This document shows positions 61,423 to 64,000 of a stretch of DNA of 64,000 nucleotides, piece by piece (position 1 is the first letter of the stretch; the number at the start of each line of letters is the position of its first letter). The stretch is from Macrostomum lignano (lineage: Eukaryota). Location of the stretch: positions 62,001-126,000 of the forward strand of contig NIVC01000385.1 of the NCBI GenBank assembly GCA_002269645.1. The letters are read 5' to 3'. Below the pieces are notes generated by a model. That model was given only the letters and a program-made list of their open reading frames with translations, was not told the origin of the DNA and ran no database searches. The translations under genes were made by a program, and so were the position numbers.

Positions 61423-64000
61423 ATGTAGATCTGATAGGCTGTTGTCTATAAAAGTTAAACATATGAGCAAAGCATCATAACAAATTATTTTCCTTTGCTT
61501 TGAATATTGGCAACTAAATTATGCACAAATTAATTAACTAATCATTTAATATGTAATATGTCAAATAATCATGCTAAAATAAACAATTAATATACCCACC
61601 ACTAAATAATCATTTTGTCTGCTGGCCCTTTAATATCCCTTTAAGACTCTAAGACTCTTAAGACTCTAATAGCTCTCTTAAAATAATAATGCAAAATATT
61701 TTTAATTATAAATATATTTATATCAATCCAAAAATGTACAATGTGACTAACCCTTAAAAATATGAAGCAAAATTAATTGACATATATATACTGATATAGC
61801 ATATTTTGAATAGGCCTAATAAGATAGATATGAACTCAAAATCTAATTCTTATTTTATCCAATAAACTAAGGACAAAAAGTATTGCCATAGCTATAATAA
61901 GATTTTATCATGTTAAACTAAAAGAAAATGAGAATATAATGCATTTTACAAGTATTAGATATATTCTAATAATTAATATTAAATGAGTTTAACTTAGTTT
62001 CAGGTTATAGATAACTAAAACCATATCACTAATAGCTATAGATAACTATAAGCTAGATTACAACTTCAGAGCTATTAGTCAGCCTCACTCAACTCATTTT
62101 ATAATATAAGTAAAGTAAAAATTTTATATAATAATATTTATTATTCTGGAAGATTTTTTTATTAGTAATACTAGTAAGTAGTATTATAACAAAATTTTTG
62201 AAGTAATAGCATTGTACTATTGTACCACAAGGGTGGCAGCAAAAAAGAAACAAAACACAATCCAATAGATTTTCATGATTAAAATCATTCAAATTTTGAT
62301 TTTTTAGTAAAAATGTATATTTGTCAAAACAATCACTATAAACTTGAAAACTACTCAACTCAAAACAAGCTAAGCTTACTCAACTCAAGGCAATAAAACT
62401 TGATTCACTACTCAATAATACTATAATACTGCTAGTATATTATATTGTACAAAAACAGTAATCTAAAAATTTAAAGATGTAAAGATTAAAATATTAAAAT
62501 AACAGTAATAACAGTAATAACAGTACAGTAGCTCCTGAAACCCGAGGTCGTCCGATTTTATCAACCTAGTAGATAACTAACCATGCACGGTAACTAACTA
62601 TAAAATAAATATAGCGACGCGGTATTTTTTAATTTTAAATTGATGCAAGGTAACAACAATTAGATCAATTTTAAAATAACGCCTCAAGGTATGAAGTACT
62701 AGACTGACATAGAAATGTAATTGAATAAGCAGTAAATAAATATGAATTGTGAGTCCATAATTTTGCTTCGAACCAAACAAAGAAATTGAACGACCACAAA
62801 AACTTTGTGGCATGCTGCTCGTCGTAAGATGAACCCTGTGTCCCTGTGGAAGTAGATGTGTTAGGCCTACCTCGAATATATATATTTGATGGGTTTCGGC
62901 CTTTTCGGCTTCTTTGGAGAGAAAGCCTTTGGGCCTCAGGTCTCAGAAATCAATCCGTTAGAGTCCTGGCCCCCCACTCCTGTCAGATGGTCAGCCCCGA
63001 GGTAGCTTGAACTGTGGCGAGCAGTCTAGGTCCTATAGCTAAGAGAGGGACAGCGAGAGATAAGCAGGGAGGATTTTGGAGGTAAAGATCAGCTAATCCG
63101 CAGATTAACTAACCCGCTGCCACCAGGTGCGCTCTGGCTCACCAAACCGGAACTTTCGAAATCAGGCTTCCGACTACATGTGAGAAGGGGCTTAGCAACT
63201 TACCTGCCAACTAGTGTCTTTTTGCTGTCAATCTCGAAGTCATAGCCGATGATAAGGGACACTGCTGGGACTTGATCGCATTGGCCATGCAGGAACAGTG
63301 GGGATCGACTTGTGCAGGGGATTCTCTTGCACTAGCGAGGCAAGGGTACGTATAGCTACTATCATGTACTACATTGCTAAATACGAGGGTTTGTGCTTTT
63401 GGCCTTCAACGCGCCAACCATGCAGCCTCTCGTAGCGCTGATGATAGACTAACTCGAACTTCGGAGACCGCATGATTCACCTCTACATCTCTACATCTCT
63501 AGCGCGCACCGATTTTGCACTATATTGGCAATTTCGCTAACTGATTTGATATTCGCTAACTAATTTGATAGATTGATCGACTGAGAACTGCCTTGTCATT
63601 GGTCCACTGTGATTGGCGCCTACTAGTAGCTTAGCTACTCATCTGAGCCATCGGCGAACAAAGAAATAAAACCGATTAAAAATAACTGCCAGATTTAACA
63701 GCTTCTCACTGAATTAATTCACACTTCAGATTGATCATTGGAGCAATCAGACTACTAACAGTATTATTGAATGATTTCTGCCTCAATAAACAGCACTACT
63801 GAACAAAATGAGCAAAAGTGTGCGCCTAATCCAGCTACTGAAATAGGGGACAGATAAGGAATCACCCAATCAAGAAAGTCTAGCTAGGTAGCCTCTCACC
63901 CAACCAATCGGATCAACAGCCACTCACTCAACAGCCACTAATCCACAGTGACCGAATCGGCTTAGTGCTTCGCAGCTGTAGACCGGGATGATGATGTTGC

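Noticed and set aside
63425-63470. Hammerhead-like CTGATGA
   Set aside because: There is no compatible stem II or GAAAC.
63605-63625. LTR primer-binding site (TGGCGCC)
   Set aside because: It is not preceded by an LTR-terminal CA, and no paired LTR or gag/pol ORF lies in the window.

Overview
Eukaryotic (animal) genomic DNA. GC-rich, Ala/Gln-rich, intron-poor exons sit in AT-rich, repeat-laden DNA. This style suggests a free-living flatworm such as Macrostomum, which is my inference and not a database result. Seven protein-coding genes are supportable: a long-form BET double-bromodomain gene (+, 5 exons), a PHF7/G2E3-like PHD-RING-PHD gene (+, 2 exons), an orphan single-pass membrane protein (+), MOK kinase (-, 2 exons), UBXN4 (+, 4 exons, head-to-head with MOK), an atypical class A GPCR (+) and SLC12A8 (-, 2 exons). 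Mobile elements include a decayed mariner, two Tc1/IS630-type non-autonomous elements with long TIRs and TA target sites, an hAT MITE with an 8-bp TSD, an RTE-like LINE relic, probable Crypton tyrosine-recombinase fragments, and a tRNA-headed SINE family with about 7 copies or fragments. Tandem arrays have 4, 14/42, 27, 30, 37 and 92 bp units. There is also a decayed 28S rDNA fragment. Three observations stand out. (1) The octamer CCATAGAC is strongly clustered and shared by unrelated transposon ends and a minisatellite. (2) CpG-depleted AT-rich domains lie at gene 5' ends, and the 28S fragment inside one has lost 7 of 8 CpGs by transition, as expected from germline methylation. (3) The PHF7-like gene is bracketed by two arrays that look like multimerised 3' splice sites. 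No CRISPR array or prokaryotic system is present.
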